Below, piece after piece: positions 45,356-57,424 of a stretch of 64,000 nucleotides of DNA. Where the stretch lies: assembly GCA_013265495.1 (NCBI GenBank), contig MU059403.1, positions 1,502,960 through 1,566,959 on the forward strand, written 5' to 3'. How positions within the stretch are numbered: position 1 is the first letter of the stretch; each line of letters begins with the position of its first letter. The notes below the pieces were generated by a model. It made no database searches and was not told where the DNA came from. It was given only the letters and a program-made list of their open reading frames with translations. The translations under genes were made by a program, and so were the position numbers. This DNA is from Vicugna vicugna. Lineage: Eukaryota.

Positions 45356-48300
45356 GCATTTCAACTGATTAAAAATTCCCATGAAGTGCCTGGAAAGTGT
45401 GGTTGTAAGACTTACCGTACGGCCTCGTGAGGAGGTGGGAGAAACTTGTCCCCATGATCTTCCTGAGAATAAAGACAAATGCCGATGACCTGTTACTTAC
45501 ATGCATTCAAACAGGGAAGAGGGGCTGAGGGTCCACCCCAGGCTCTGCTTTAACACAACGTGTCCCGCCGACCTCGTCCTGCAGCCACTGCGAGGCCAGC
45601 TTGGCTGGCGCTGTCCAAATTGGTCAGTCCAGAGTCTGCTCTGTCTGTCCAGGACCCCCTCCTTGGCTCTCGGGTTTCTGGAGTCGGGGGCCTGGGCTGA
45701 AGCCCAGGACTGATGTAAGGGTAACGGGTTGAAAGGAACAAGCTAAAGGGAAGACACAGGCCGTCCAGGTGAGCAGGCAAAGGCGAGGCCGGAAATCCCA
45801 GAGACTTCCGGAAACTGATGATTCCCTGGTCTGGAGGTTCAGTCTGGGGTGATTCTGAGAGGTGAGAGGGCACACAGGGACACAGGAGGGGACAATTATC
45901 TAGAATTTACCCAGGGGAAACTGAGTGAACCTCAAAGACCTTTCTTGCCAGAGTTAAGTAGGAGCTAGGAGGATATATTAATAAAATTAGTGTTTGGTGG
46001 TGATTGGTGAGGTGGAGGGGACGTCCACGGCACACACAGGGGTCCGTGCTCGCTCACTCCGACTCAGCTGACCCTCAGGTGACGACTCTGAGGTGAGTTT
46101 TGGAAGATGCTGAAATCAGCAGAGGCATTGGGTAACGCTCTGCATATGGAGGTGGGAAAATGGGCTGACAAAACATTCTGGCCAAACAGGAATCAGCCAG
46201 AAATCATAATGAAATTAGATCACGCCTTCAACAAGGGAAACCCTTCTGCAGTTTGAGTGAAATAAACTACAAAGAGAGCCAGTGCGTCTTGCATGGCATC
46301 CTGCTCCTGGTCTAGCAGGGGAGGCCTGTTTAGAAATGGGAGGGTGGAGAGAGTGATGGCTTATCAGCTTCTCGTCATTGTCACTTTCATCAGTGACAAA
46401 AACTTAAATTCTGGATCCGTAAGTCACAATGTGGAACGGGCCCTTTTCCACTTTTAAATTTTTTTTTAAAACCCACATTTCCAAGAGAAGAGAACTTCAA
46501 CGGGCTTGTCTGTCCCCCAGGAGCAGCTTGGAAAATACTGAGCTGATTGTTTCCTGTCTTCATTTTGAATTAAGGGAATTTATTCTTCCTAACACAGCAC
46601 TCACCCAGCACTCATGTCCAGAAGAACCTTTCTGGAGACTTCAGAATGACAGACCTCACCATTTCCCAGTGTTTTTTTTTTTTAAATGTATTGTTTTTTT
46701 CCATGAAAATGGAAACTGAGTCTGTCTCCCAACTCTACTCTTAGCATCTCTGAGAAACTAGAACGTGGCATCCAGGACCCTGTGAGGTCCTCCTGCTGTT
46801 AGAGTGTCTTCGAAGGACCCAACACTGACTCATCCCACAAGGTCTTGGACAGCACACGTCACGTGTCTTCTGGGACTCCCGGAGGGTTCCGTGGCTGAGC
46901 AGAGTGAGATGTGCGGCTTGGTTGGGAGAGATGTGTGGAGATTCTTGCATAAAAGGCTTGAGAGCCAAGGGGCTGCTTCTGCCTCTCCCCGCTTCTCCCT
47001 CTCCCATAGGAGGTGCCGCAGAAAAGCCGGGTTTGTAAATTCTGGCATCTGGGGCCTGGTCCTGACTTCGTGGCTCATGAGATCCGGCTGAGACATTCGC
47101 ACCCCTTTGTTTTAATTCCTCATCCTGAAGTTGTGAGGGTGAACGAATGAACGTGTTTCAGGCTTTTGGCTTCTCTAGAAAAGTGCCCAATAGCAAATAA
47201 ACAGCTCGGCTATCGGTTTGTCCTCTCCGGAAAGTCAAAAGTCAAGATGAAAATTTTGGTAGCAAATGCTTTGAAAGGGTTCGTGTCAGCTTTGAGTGTA
47301 AATTTTCCTCTCTGGATGGTCCTATAGTCAGCGGTATGCAGTGTTTACTTCTGCATGTTAGCCTTGATTTTTATTAACGTTGCCTAATGGCGTTCCTTAG
47401 TTACTTAACCATCTGCAGCTGTGCGGCTCACCTGTTTCTCAGACCCAAGAGCAGCCCCCAGTTTTATTATAATTTCCTCCTGAGCCCTCAAGCCAGGAGG
47501 AATGTGTTTAAGTACTTCATAGATTCTCAGGGCTCTGGAATTTGAAGGGGAACTCACAGAGCAGCCCTGTCTCAAGAGAGACCTTTCGTCCCCGTCTTCC
47601 CACGGCCTTACGTCTGTCACTTCTCTCACTCTTCTCTCCTCGTGTGGGACCCAGTGGTTGCACCAGGAGAGCCTTTGTCTCAACAACCAGTCCCAGGATT
47701 TGCTGGGACAGCTTTGCCCACCCCTCCAACTCGTCTCCAAAGCTTCGGATTAAACATGGGATTAAAAATCAGATTTGGATTTTCTATGTTTCCTTCTTTT
47801 TCTCGGTGCCCCTGATAAGTCAATTGAAGCATTGTTTTCAAAAATCTTCACTCCTTTGGTTTTCTGTGAGCTAGAATTAGGGCTTTTTCCTGTAAAGCTG
47901 TAAGCCAAGGAGAAACTATTTCAGCAATGCTGTCTGCAGTGGATCCTATCCAGAGTCTGGGCGTGCAGAATTCTCTGGGTTTCCCACCAGTCTCCAGGGG
48001 GGAGCCTACAACCCCTGGGCTCGCTTCAGAAACACCTGAAAGGCTTTGACAGAGTTGCCTAAATGCAGCCACATTCCTGCCACACTTGCCCCGGGCGCGC
48101 AAGTCAAACCCCAGATCTCTAGGTCCAAGAAAAAGCCCCTGGTGGACCCACCTACGTAAAGATGCCACAGGCACCACCCTCCAGTCAACCTTCTGGCCAG
48201 TGTTGGGTGTTGCGCTGAAGCTGCCCTTACTGGAGAGCCAGCTAATCAATCAGCACATTTGAGAGGCGACAATCTGGGCTGGACTGGGTAGCACTAGAGC

Positions 48301-48679
48301 CCAGCGTTCCAGGAGAACCAAGGATGGCTAGGGACTGACCTAGGCTTCAAGTTAACTCTGCGGGATAAACCAGGCCTCAGGGCTGGTTGTGCGGAGAGGG
48401 TCAGGCCCTGGGATGGAAGGAGGGGAGGGCGCAGCCCAACTTGTGGTTGTGCCGGGAGCTCTCCCAGGCTGCGCCCGCGTTTGGGTGTGCGTGCATCTGT
48501 GTGCCTGTGTGTGCACGCGTGGAGAAGGAGGCACGCATACGGCACCAACTGGCTACAACACAGCCCTGGTGGCCCCCTCTCCATCTCTCGCTCCCGCTGA
48601 CCTGCGCCGGGGCGGCCCCTCCGCAGAGCGGGCATCCGAGAGGAGCCTAGCGAGCCAGCGGGGCGCAGCGGCGGCGGGC

Positions 48680-48906
48680 AGTTATTTGACAGGAGCCAGG
48701 GAAGCCGCAAAGGACGCGGAGGACCGCTGGGTGTAGGGAGGGCAGCTGGTGGAGTCCGGGCCGCCTGCAGCGGTGGAGGAGAGGACCTCGAGCAGACCCT
48801 CCGCCGGGTCCCCCGCCGCCGCGCCAGCGCTCAGGGCGCGGCCGCTGCTCCGAGTGCCACCCGCGCCCCCGGGGTCCGAGATCCCCGGCGTCCCGCGCCC
48901 GTCACC
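48680..48906 (+). other. SMOC2: SMOC2 5' UTR, predicted TSS near 48680
   Basis: Initiator-like GGCAGT with the A at 48680. No upstream ATG between 48680 and 48907. The sequence agttatttgacaggagc...gcaaaggacgcggaggacc resembles the human SMOC2 leader as I recall it. The exact TSS is inferred. Confidence 0.6.
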
Positions 48907-48990
48907 ATGCTGCTCCCCCAGCTCTGCTGGCTGCCGCTGCTGGCCGGGCTGCTCCCGCCGGCGCCCGCGCAGAAGTTCTCGGCGCTCACG
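48907..48990 (+). CDS. SMOC2: SMOC2 (SPARC-related modular calcium-binding protein 2) first coding exon: signal peptide plus N-terminus of the mature protein; the rest of the gene lies beyond the window
   Basis: ATG in Kozak context (gtcaccATG). The 84 nt translate to MLLPQLCWLPLLAGLLPPAPAQKFSALT, matching the human SMOC2 N-terminus as I recall it (MLLPQLCWLPLLAGLLPPVPAQKFSALT) except V19A. A phase-0 donor ACG|GTGAGT follows at 48991. The exon lies in a CpG island. Confidence 0.97.
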
Positions 48991-51119
48991 GTGAGTCCCG
49001 GCCCACGGGGACCTGGCGGTGGCGCTGCGCCGCCCCCTGCCCGGGTCCGGCCCGGTCCCCGCGGTCCGCTCCAGCCAAAGCGCCCAGGCGCGGGGAGCAG
49101 GTGACCCTCGGGGAGGTGGCGCCGCCTTTCGCCCGCGCGGTCGGAGCAGGTGGGCCCCGGGAGGGGCCGAGGCTTGCGCGCCCGGGACTGGAGGCCACCG
49201 GCTGCGGCGGGCTGTGGGGTCCCCCTGCCCTGGGTGGGCGGGAGGGGGATGAACTCGCGGGTCCCGCGCTGCCCCGCTCACGGGTGGGCAGGGCCGTGCG
49301 CCGAAACCAGGTCTGGGGACAAGGGCGCCGCCCCGCGGACTGTCCGGAGGCGGCCCCAGCGGGGACGCGGCGCCCACTCGCTCCGTCCCACTCGTCCCGA
49401 TGTGACCACGGACTCGGCTCTCGGCGCGTGGGCGCGCCGACCCGCTGGCGCTGGCTGGGTGGAGGGGCCACGCTCACGGGTGGGTTTCGCCTGGCCCTCC
49501 CAGAGACCCTCCCTAAGGGAACTTAGAAGAAGCAGATGACATTACAAATAAAGACTGTTTTTCCGTGGTCTGAGCAGGCAGAAATTGGAGGCACCCGGCG
49601 GGCTCCGCGTCCGGCGCTCCCCCGCCCCTCGGGGCCTCGGGGCCGGGTGCGCCCGAGCGCCTGGGTCGCCGCGCTGACCGCGGCGTGTTTTTCTTTCTTA
49701 GCTGCGACTTGTCCGCGGGGCCCGGCCGCCAGGCGCGCCGTGCCAAGCGCGGAGCTCCGCGCAGGGGCCGAGCCAAGCCGCCGGCCGCCGGCCCGGGGCC
49801 GGGTGTCTCAGCCCCGGCTCGGGCAGACCTCGTGGGCTCGCGGTGTGCGCAAACCCGTAATTAATGCAATCTGCAGAAACGAAAACATTCCACTTAAATG
49901 TGTTTTTGAACAAGTGCTTGAGAAAACACGAAGGGAGCGAGAACACCTCTGGTGGGGAGATGCTTTTAAGTGGCGGGGGACCTGTCCTAAAGGCGTTTAT
50001 TGTATCGAAAACACCGACCCGACCCGGGAGCAGGGCTGAGGCCGGGTTCTGCTTTTCAGCAAATCTGAAGCAGTCCCCGGAGCCCTTTTTTTCCTTCTCC
50101 TTTTTCTTTCTGAGCAGGATGAGGGGAAGGAGTTGGAGAGTTCATTGTTCATGCCTAAAATTCTTCTGGGGCAGCCCTATCCCTGCCTTGTGTCTCACAA
50201 ATGACTTGTAGATTAGAAACTGCTAACTCGGAGCTCCAAGGGGCTTTTCACACGCCGGGCTTTCCCTGTGGAGCGCCCATCTCAGCAGAGGGGCCACGGA
50301 ACAATACTCGCTGTTTGTGTCCAAGGGTATTTTACGTAAATCCAGACAGAGACGCATGGACACATAGATACATTCAGACCTGCCCCCGCCCCAGCAAAGA
50401 AACTGAGACCCGTTCCCACAATGACCGAGCTGAAGCAGCAGGTTGCCCACGGTGGCCACAGACCTTCTGAAATTGCCAGAAGTTGGCTGTCACCTGGCCG
50501 CCCTCCTCAGGGAGCCTCTAGGCTTGCTGGTCCCCAGGGAGAGCAGCATACGGCGGTAGTCGCTGGGGCAGCGGAAATCTCTGTGTGTGTCTTCTCTTTT
50601 CTCCCCTCCACTCTTCCTATTGAAGCGTTTCCTGTGAACCCTTCCTCCTCCGCCTTCCTCAGGCTGCTTTGAGGATCTCCTGGGTGGCAGTGATGCCAGT
50701 CACAGGTGGGATTCAGGGGCCGGAGCTGATTGCACATGTGTTGCAAGTCCGGCCCCACCGTGACTGCACTTCCCCAGGGAACTTTATGCCTTAAAAGTAT
50801 ACCCGTGAATCAAATGCCGTGCGGCTTTTGCATCTTGGAGAAAAACTGAAAGCTGCAGCCCATTTTGACAGACTCCTCCCCACCCGACTCTCCAGTCTAG
50901 GACCCTAAGAAGTCGGTTGAAGGGTCACGAGGAAATGTTGGCTGTGCTGGATATTTTTCTGTGGCCCTGCTGTCTTTTCAGATCACTTTCTAGTATTGGG
51001 GTGGGGGTCCTCTTGTTTCCAGTGGAATGGCTTTGTCTCTGCAAGATGTGCTTCTGATCTTTAATAAATCAGAGAGACAGTGCCGTCCCTGGGAGGCTGG
51101 GCGTGATCACGAGGTGTCG

Positions 51120-51275
51120 TCTGGATGTGTGGCCCTGGCAAGTGACTTAACTTCTGAATCTCCAGTGTGCTTCTCTGTAAAGTCGGGTTAAAGTGATACC
51201 CTCCATTTAGCTGGCTGTGAGGGTTAAAGAGAAGGCTCTTAGTACACCTGGAACACATCAGTTCTCTCATTAACA
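51120..51275 (+). mobile_element. MIR SINE core remnant (SMOC2 intron 1)
   Basis: tgtgtggccctggcaagtgacttaacttctgaatctccagtgtgcttctctgtaaagtcggg...gctgtgagggttaaagaga follows the MIR core. Confidence 0.75.
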
Positions 51276-54200
51276 CCGTTTCTGATGGTGGCCTTGTCGT
51301 GGGTCTTGATGGCTGTGTCATCCCGGTGTGGGGTCGCTGGCCTCACAGCGGTTTTGCTGCTCACAGACGTGTAGAGCTGTGCTTGGCCCTAGGTGTGTCT
51401 GAGCTGTGTCCAAGCATGTGGGGGCGGGTAGCCCTGGGCAGACAAGTGAGAAAACTCGACTCTGCCTCCTTCTGTTCACTGTTTCTTCTCATGTAGAAAC
51501 AAGAAGACGCACCTGCCTCTTAGGGGTTAGAAGCCTGGCTTCTCGAGTGACACATCTGTCCTCCTCTCTCCCTGCACTGAATGGCCTTTGTTTGGGGGAC
51601 AGTGACGCCAGACTGCGTCGCTGGATTTGATCCCCCCTGCTACTTTGTGTCCAAGACTAAGAGAATCTGCTTTGCACCATAATTATCTTTTTTTTTCATC
51701 CCCCCGAAGTTATTCTTTAGAAATGACACCTGTGTGTTTTTCCTTTGACTTTCTGACGTTTTGCATAACCGTCTGCTCCTCCTTGAGCGCCGTGTTATCT
51801 CCAGTCAACAGGTGGTGCTGCGAAGTGTATCTAATCTACCCCAGTTTGGAGCCACATCCATTTCTTCCTTCTTTGAAGGCCAGGCCATATCCATCTTTCA
51901 TGGCAGTGGTTGACATTTTTTTCCTCATATTTGTGCTCCTGGTGGAGACTAGGGAATAACTGCCAGGGGAGGTCGTTGGCTACATAGTTCTGTTCCTCGA
52001 GGACAATCGCCGTCTGCTGTGTCCTCGGCGCAGTTCTATGGATTTTGACAGACACCAGTCAGCCCGGACCTGGTTTTCGCAGGAGCACGAGGCACAGTAT
52101 GACCTGGGACCCCTTCCGCAGAGCACCTGGGAAGAGACTGGGTTCAGGTGAGCGCCGACTAAGTGGAATTCTGCCCACGCTCAGAGGGCAGCGGGGAACG
52201 GCCTCCTCCCAGGGCTTCTCGTGGCCCTGGGAGGGTGCCCCTGGGGCTCGGGTCTGCCGCCTGCTCGAGCGCCTCCCAGGTTTCCGTGCACATCCGGGGC
52301 GCTCCGGGCGTGTTTTCTCCCTGAACCCTCAGAGCAGCTTAACCAGGAAGGCTCTGCTGTGTCCACATCCCAGAGGCCCTGTCGGAGCCCCGGCCACTAC
52401 ACTGCTGTAGGTGCTCCCACAGTCAACGCGAGGTTTTCTTCCCTGGCTCGGGGAGGGGGTCCCTGCACCGTTTTGGGGCCACCGTTAAGGATGTGCCGCT
52501 TGAGACCATCTCCTCCCAGACTGCCTGGCCTTCAGCACGAGGCCAGGGCTAGGACTAGTTCCCCACCCCTGTGTGTGTTTATTTGCTCTGAAAGAGAAGG
52601 AAGGCGATGGGGAAACAGTATTTGCTCACATGCACGTTCAACGTGAGCCTTACGGACACGAGCGGCTCTAACGCAGCCGCTGCCAGGAAACGTCCGTGTG
52701 AGCAGCGCCCCAGCTGCGGGGCAGTTGGGGGAGCAGACGTCGGCCCCCGGCGTGCCGCCGCGCTCATCACCGGCGTCTCGGGGGAGTGATGAGGTGCCTG
52801 CCTCCCCCCGCTGCAGACACTCTGAGCACAGCCGGTGCTCTGGGAAGGCTGCACTCCCCTCACCAGCAGAAGACGGGCCACAGAGATGGTTAAGGAAAGG
52901 GAAACTAAATACCGTCAGAGGTTTCCATCCAGGCAGCCCGTTTACATGGCGACCAAAACCCAGGCATCTGGGCGAGGCGCTTCAATTGTGATTTGAAATC
53001 AAGGCCACAAGTAAAAGTGCAAGCAGCTTCAGCTTCGATGAGACTGTGCCACATGTGGGTGTTGATGGGAATAACGTAAGCTGACCTGGTTCAGAGCCGC
53101 ACAGATTTCCCAGTGATTCTACGTCAAAATGAGCCTGCGTGACGGTCTGGGACTCTCCGGTGGGGCTGGCACTGAGACTGGGACACTGGGAGGCGGGGCA
53201 AGGGCAACATCTTACATTTTTGAATTAAAAGATACACTGTCCCACTCTCGTGAGTCACAGACTTTGAATGAGTGCACTTCCATGAGGATTTGGGAATTAG
53301 AGCAGGAAAATTAAGAAATAATTCTCTGAGTTCATTTACAGAGGAAACTAGAACTGTCACCCTCCTGTTTCCCCATTTGGTGGGACCGGTAATGGGACGA
53401 GAGTCCGTGATTAATATCTGCACATCTCCAGAGCTTGGATAACACTCAACACACTGAGTATTTAACTGAAGCCCAAGAGAGGAGAGGTCTCAGAGAACGA
53501 AATCCTCGTTTCATGTGGGCCGAGGAGAAATTACCCTAAAAGTGGTAACCACAGGCATCTTTGTGTGGTTTTGCAGCCCAGGCTGAAAATCAAAGAGCAG
53601 CGTTTTGTAATAAAACACAAATAAATAGAGCCGAGTGAAATGGCAGCTTACATCACGTCCACTGTCAGGACTGAAAGACAAGAAGCAATAAAGGGAAACG
53701 GGCACTCTCTGGCAGACGCACTTAGACTTTCCATCGTGGGGACCCTCCCTGGCGGACGAGCCGCACTGCGGCTGTAGTCAGATTCGTCGTGCCCGGCCTA
53801 GTGTGGGACCTTAACCGGGAAGCTGGCATTTAAGGGGAAGTGAAATGTCCCACTGGGAAGTGAACTTCTTCTTCCTTCAGTACAACCGTCCCTCCTTTTA
53901 CTTCCTTCTTTGCCCCGGTCGTCTTTTGTCCTTCTTTAGCGCTTCTGCTCAAGTCACAGCTACTCCCCTCTGCTTCTCCTGTGCCCCAGCTGCTGCCCCT
54001 AATGTCACTACTTCCTTTTTAGCTGGAATTCCGTAAGAGGTCTCCTGGTCTCTACCCCAAGCTCTTCCCCCTGAGAGCACCTGCAGGCCCGTCGGCTGCA
54101 CTCTGTCCTGGTGGCCGGTGCGCTGCTGGCCAGGCCCCTGCAGCGCCCCCGCCCCCAGCACCGTGCCGCTGACACCGCCCGTCAGCAAGCCCACGTGGTG

Positions 54201-57200
54201 ACAGGTTTTCTTTTTCTTTTTTTGGGGGGTGGTAAGCCAGCTCCTAACATTTGAGGTCACTGGCAGGGCCTTCCAATGGTAACGAAGTTCCAGAAAGCGC
54301 GCGGGGCTTGGCTGACGCCACGGTCTGCGCTGCGTTGGATCCCTGGTCCGAGCGCCCTGGGGTAGACAGTGTGGCTGTTAGGCCAACCTCGTTTTGGATG
54401 GTCTCAAATTGGTTGGATTGTAGTCTCTTCTTAAAGATCAAGTTCGTCAGTTGTTTGGTCCACCAAAAAGGCCAAAAAACCGCTCTCGTCTCGGGGTTGA
54501 CATTGCTCGAGGCAGGTTGTTTTTTTTCCTTTTACTCCGTTCGGGACAATCAAGGCCCCGGAAGCGAGCAGTCCAGGCACGAGGCGCGTGAGTCGCTGCG
54601 GGTCTCCGTCTTGGGCTTAAGGAGCTCTGTGCACCTGCCCCGGCCTTAGCTGCCCTGGTCTGTCCCGTACCAGCCCCGGTGGATGGAAAAGCCAGGCATT
54701 TCCCTCGCGGGCCCGAGGCGTCCTGCTGTGCCGGCGGGGCTGCGGCTGCCAAGGTGAACGCATCTGAGAGACAGACACTGGGCTGGACCAGGAGGACCCC
54801 CCAGGGCCCTTCCCCCTCCTCCCTCTGCGGGAAAGCCACAGAGGAGGCACTGCCAGCCCTGGGGCCTCGGGGGCCTTGGGGAAGACCTGTCCTGGCTCTT
54901 GTGTGACCCTGCTCCTGCCGGGAGCTCCCTTTCTGTGCTTCTAGGAAAAGTGCATCAGAAATGTGTCCCCAGCACCCTGAGGAAGGACGGAACAGCACCT
55001 CGCCGCGTGGGTAGACGGGTGATTTTCATTTCTCAGCTCGAGGATGGTGATATTTGGGACGACCTTGGCCACCTCTCTCTCTTTCCAGCTCTGAGCAGGT
55101 GGGTGTGGTGACTCCGACTCTGAACCCCCGTGTTCAGGGCTCTACACGGGATGACCCTTGTCCCTCTGTGCGCACGGGGACCACTTTTGCGCGCGCCTTC
55201 CGAAGACCTGAGCCTGGACTTGCATCTGGTCGCCCGTTTCTTGTGCCTGACGTGACTAGCTCAGGGCGGGCTAATCTCTCTGCACACGACCTGCAGCCCC
55301 GCGGCCTCACTTTACCCCTCTTTCCTAGCTCTTCTGATGACGTTGAGAAAATCTGCAAATCCAGAGACCCTCCTGGTGCTGCCTCACTTCCTCACTGGTG
55401 CCCTCCCTGATTAGACATCAAATTCAGACAGAGAGACGTCATCACACGCAGTCACCCCACTGATGAGAAGAACCACTTTCAAATATGGAAAAGAAATGAT
55501 AAAAAATAAATTCCACTTATGCTTATAATTCTAAAAGCAATTCCAAAGATCTGAATGAAGGTAACAGCGAACTGAGTGCCGCGTTTGTCTTCAGTCTTCT
55601 GCTGATTCATTCCATGGAGGACTTGGGTCTGTGTAATCAAGAATTTAAAAAAAAGCAAAACAAAACAGTACATTTAAAATTAATTAAAAAACTGACCTTT
55701 GACAAACAGAAGTTACCGTCCTGCCGTGGGTGGGGCTGCAGGGGTAAGATGCCGTGGGGCTGGCGACTGGTGCTTTGGAATCTCAGGGCCAGGTTTGGGG
55801 CTGGGGTCCAGGCGGTGCGCTGGGGAAAGCGCCACCGCGGCATCCTCTCTGTGAAGCGCCGTCAGCCTCACACGGCCTGTGGCGGACGGCCAGCCTTCCC
55901 TCCCACCTCCTCAGGGATCAGCCACTGACACGTCACCACGCCTGTTCTGAGGGACTGTCTCAGCCTTCACAGCGAAGCAGCTGAGTCAGGACAGACAGAC
56001 GGACGGACAGTGCCCTGCCAAGTCCCCATTGTCTCCACCACTGGTCAGGACCCCCTCTCCAGGCGGCTCCCCACTTCCCACCAGTCACATCAGACACGCG
56101 GGAGCTGCCGTCCAGGCCACCTCGCTCCTTCACTGGACGTGCTGGTGTCAGAGACGGGGGAGGAGGGTCCCCTTCTCCCGTGGGACCAAACTGATCATCA
56201 CACCAGGGCCCTCGCCACACAGAGTCTAGGCCGGGGGGTCCTTGGTCTTTGGAAAATAGATACACGTGCAGTTTTAACCAATAAAAAGAGAGAGAAAGCG
56301 AGCCTTTTGGGGCCCGGCACTAACGCTCTCGACTGCGGGACAAGACCTGCCGTCAGGAGGGCTCTTCCTGGGAGGGACGCTGTCGGCCGGAGCCCTGGGA
56401 CGACGTCGGGGCTCATGCCGGCTGAGACGCGTGCGAACTTTAACAATTCCATCCACTCATGAGTCCACAGAATTTACATCATCTGTTTTCCATGGGCCAT
56501 TTATTTAGGTTTTTCAAAATGATCACTATGTCGTGGAAGGTCAGACCCCCTTCCTGACTCTTCCTGTCCAGACCCTTTGCTCCCAGGCTCAGGTTCTGTC
56601 TCCCAGGGTCCAGAGGACTCAGAAGACGAGATGAGGTGTGGACGTCAGCGCGCCGCGCACCCACCTGTGCCTGCCCCCCCCCCCGCCCCAGTCTGAGGAG
56701 CCACCGCAGCCCACGCCTCCCCTTCCCTTTCTGCCCCAGGCTCCACCTTGAGCTCTGGGTGGTCCTCACTCTTCCACGAGCCTGGCCCAGGGACCAGACG
56801 CAGGATCTCAGAAGCAGCCGGTCACTGAACAGCAGGGTGCAACCTTGCCCGATGGCACTGGTGTGTGGTGGTCCCACTTTCCCAAGTCACTTTCTGAATC
56901 AGAGATTCTATTAAGCCTGTTTCCCCATCATTGGTTCTTGGAATTTTTGAGCCCATAAGTGGAGTTTTATATGATCGTCCTGTTAAAACCAGATTTGCAT
57001 CCTGACCCTGTTACCCAGATTGGGACTGTCCCCTCTGGCTTATGTCAGTCTCCAAGCATTCCTCCTTCTTCTTGTAAATGGCTTGGCCTCAGGTCACCTG
57101 AGGGCTGGGCTGGGACTCACTCCCAGGAGGTGAGACCCAGGGCCATTTCCATCTGCTGCGTGGATTCATTGCCCCAGGAAAAAGCCCCAGGAGATATGCG

Positions 57201-57370
57201 CCCCCGCCCTGCATGAATCAATGACTTAAAAACCATCAGACACTAACCTGGACTCCCAGGTACAGCCCACTGTGACTCTAAGCCAGTCACTGTCGCTGTG
57301 TGAGTGCTCACGACAGTCTGTTTGGCACCCGGTTCAGCGCCCTGTGCGAGCTGCCGTCTCTGGATACAGG

Positions 57371-57424
57371 GACGTGCTCACACCGCTACCTAGGTGAGCA
57401 CCTAGGTAGCGGTGTGAGCACGTC
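57371..57424. repeat. Perfect inverted repeat: 26-bp arms, 2-nt spacer
   Basis: gacgtgctcacaccgctacctaggtg (57371-57396), AG, then cacctaggtagcggtgtgagcacgtc (57399-57424), the exact reverse complement. Confidence 0.99.

Larger units (their letters stand above)
48560..49850. promoter_or_regulatory. SMOC2 promoter CpG island with GC box
   Basis: Very dense CpG and very high GC across the TSS, exon 1 and the start of intron 1. GGGCGG at 48610-48615. No TATA box seen. Boundaries judged by eye. Confidence 0.9.

Noticed and set aside
1-48500. DACT2 or another neighbour gene expected upstream of SMOC2 from human synteny
   Set aside because: No ORF or exon resembling DACT2 (e.g. RLRAAFAGLQEL or the C-terminal KVMTMV) was found; it presumably lies outside the window.
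48907-49104. 65-aa ORF as a complete small protein
   Set aside because: Only the first 28 codons are exonic; the rest is read-through past the GT donor at 48991.
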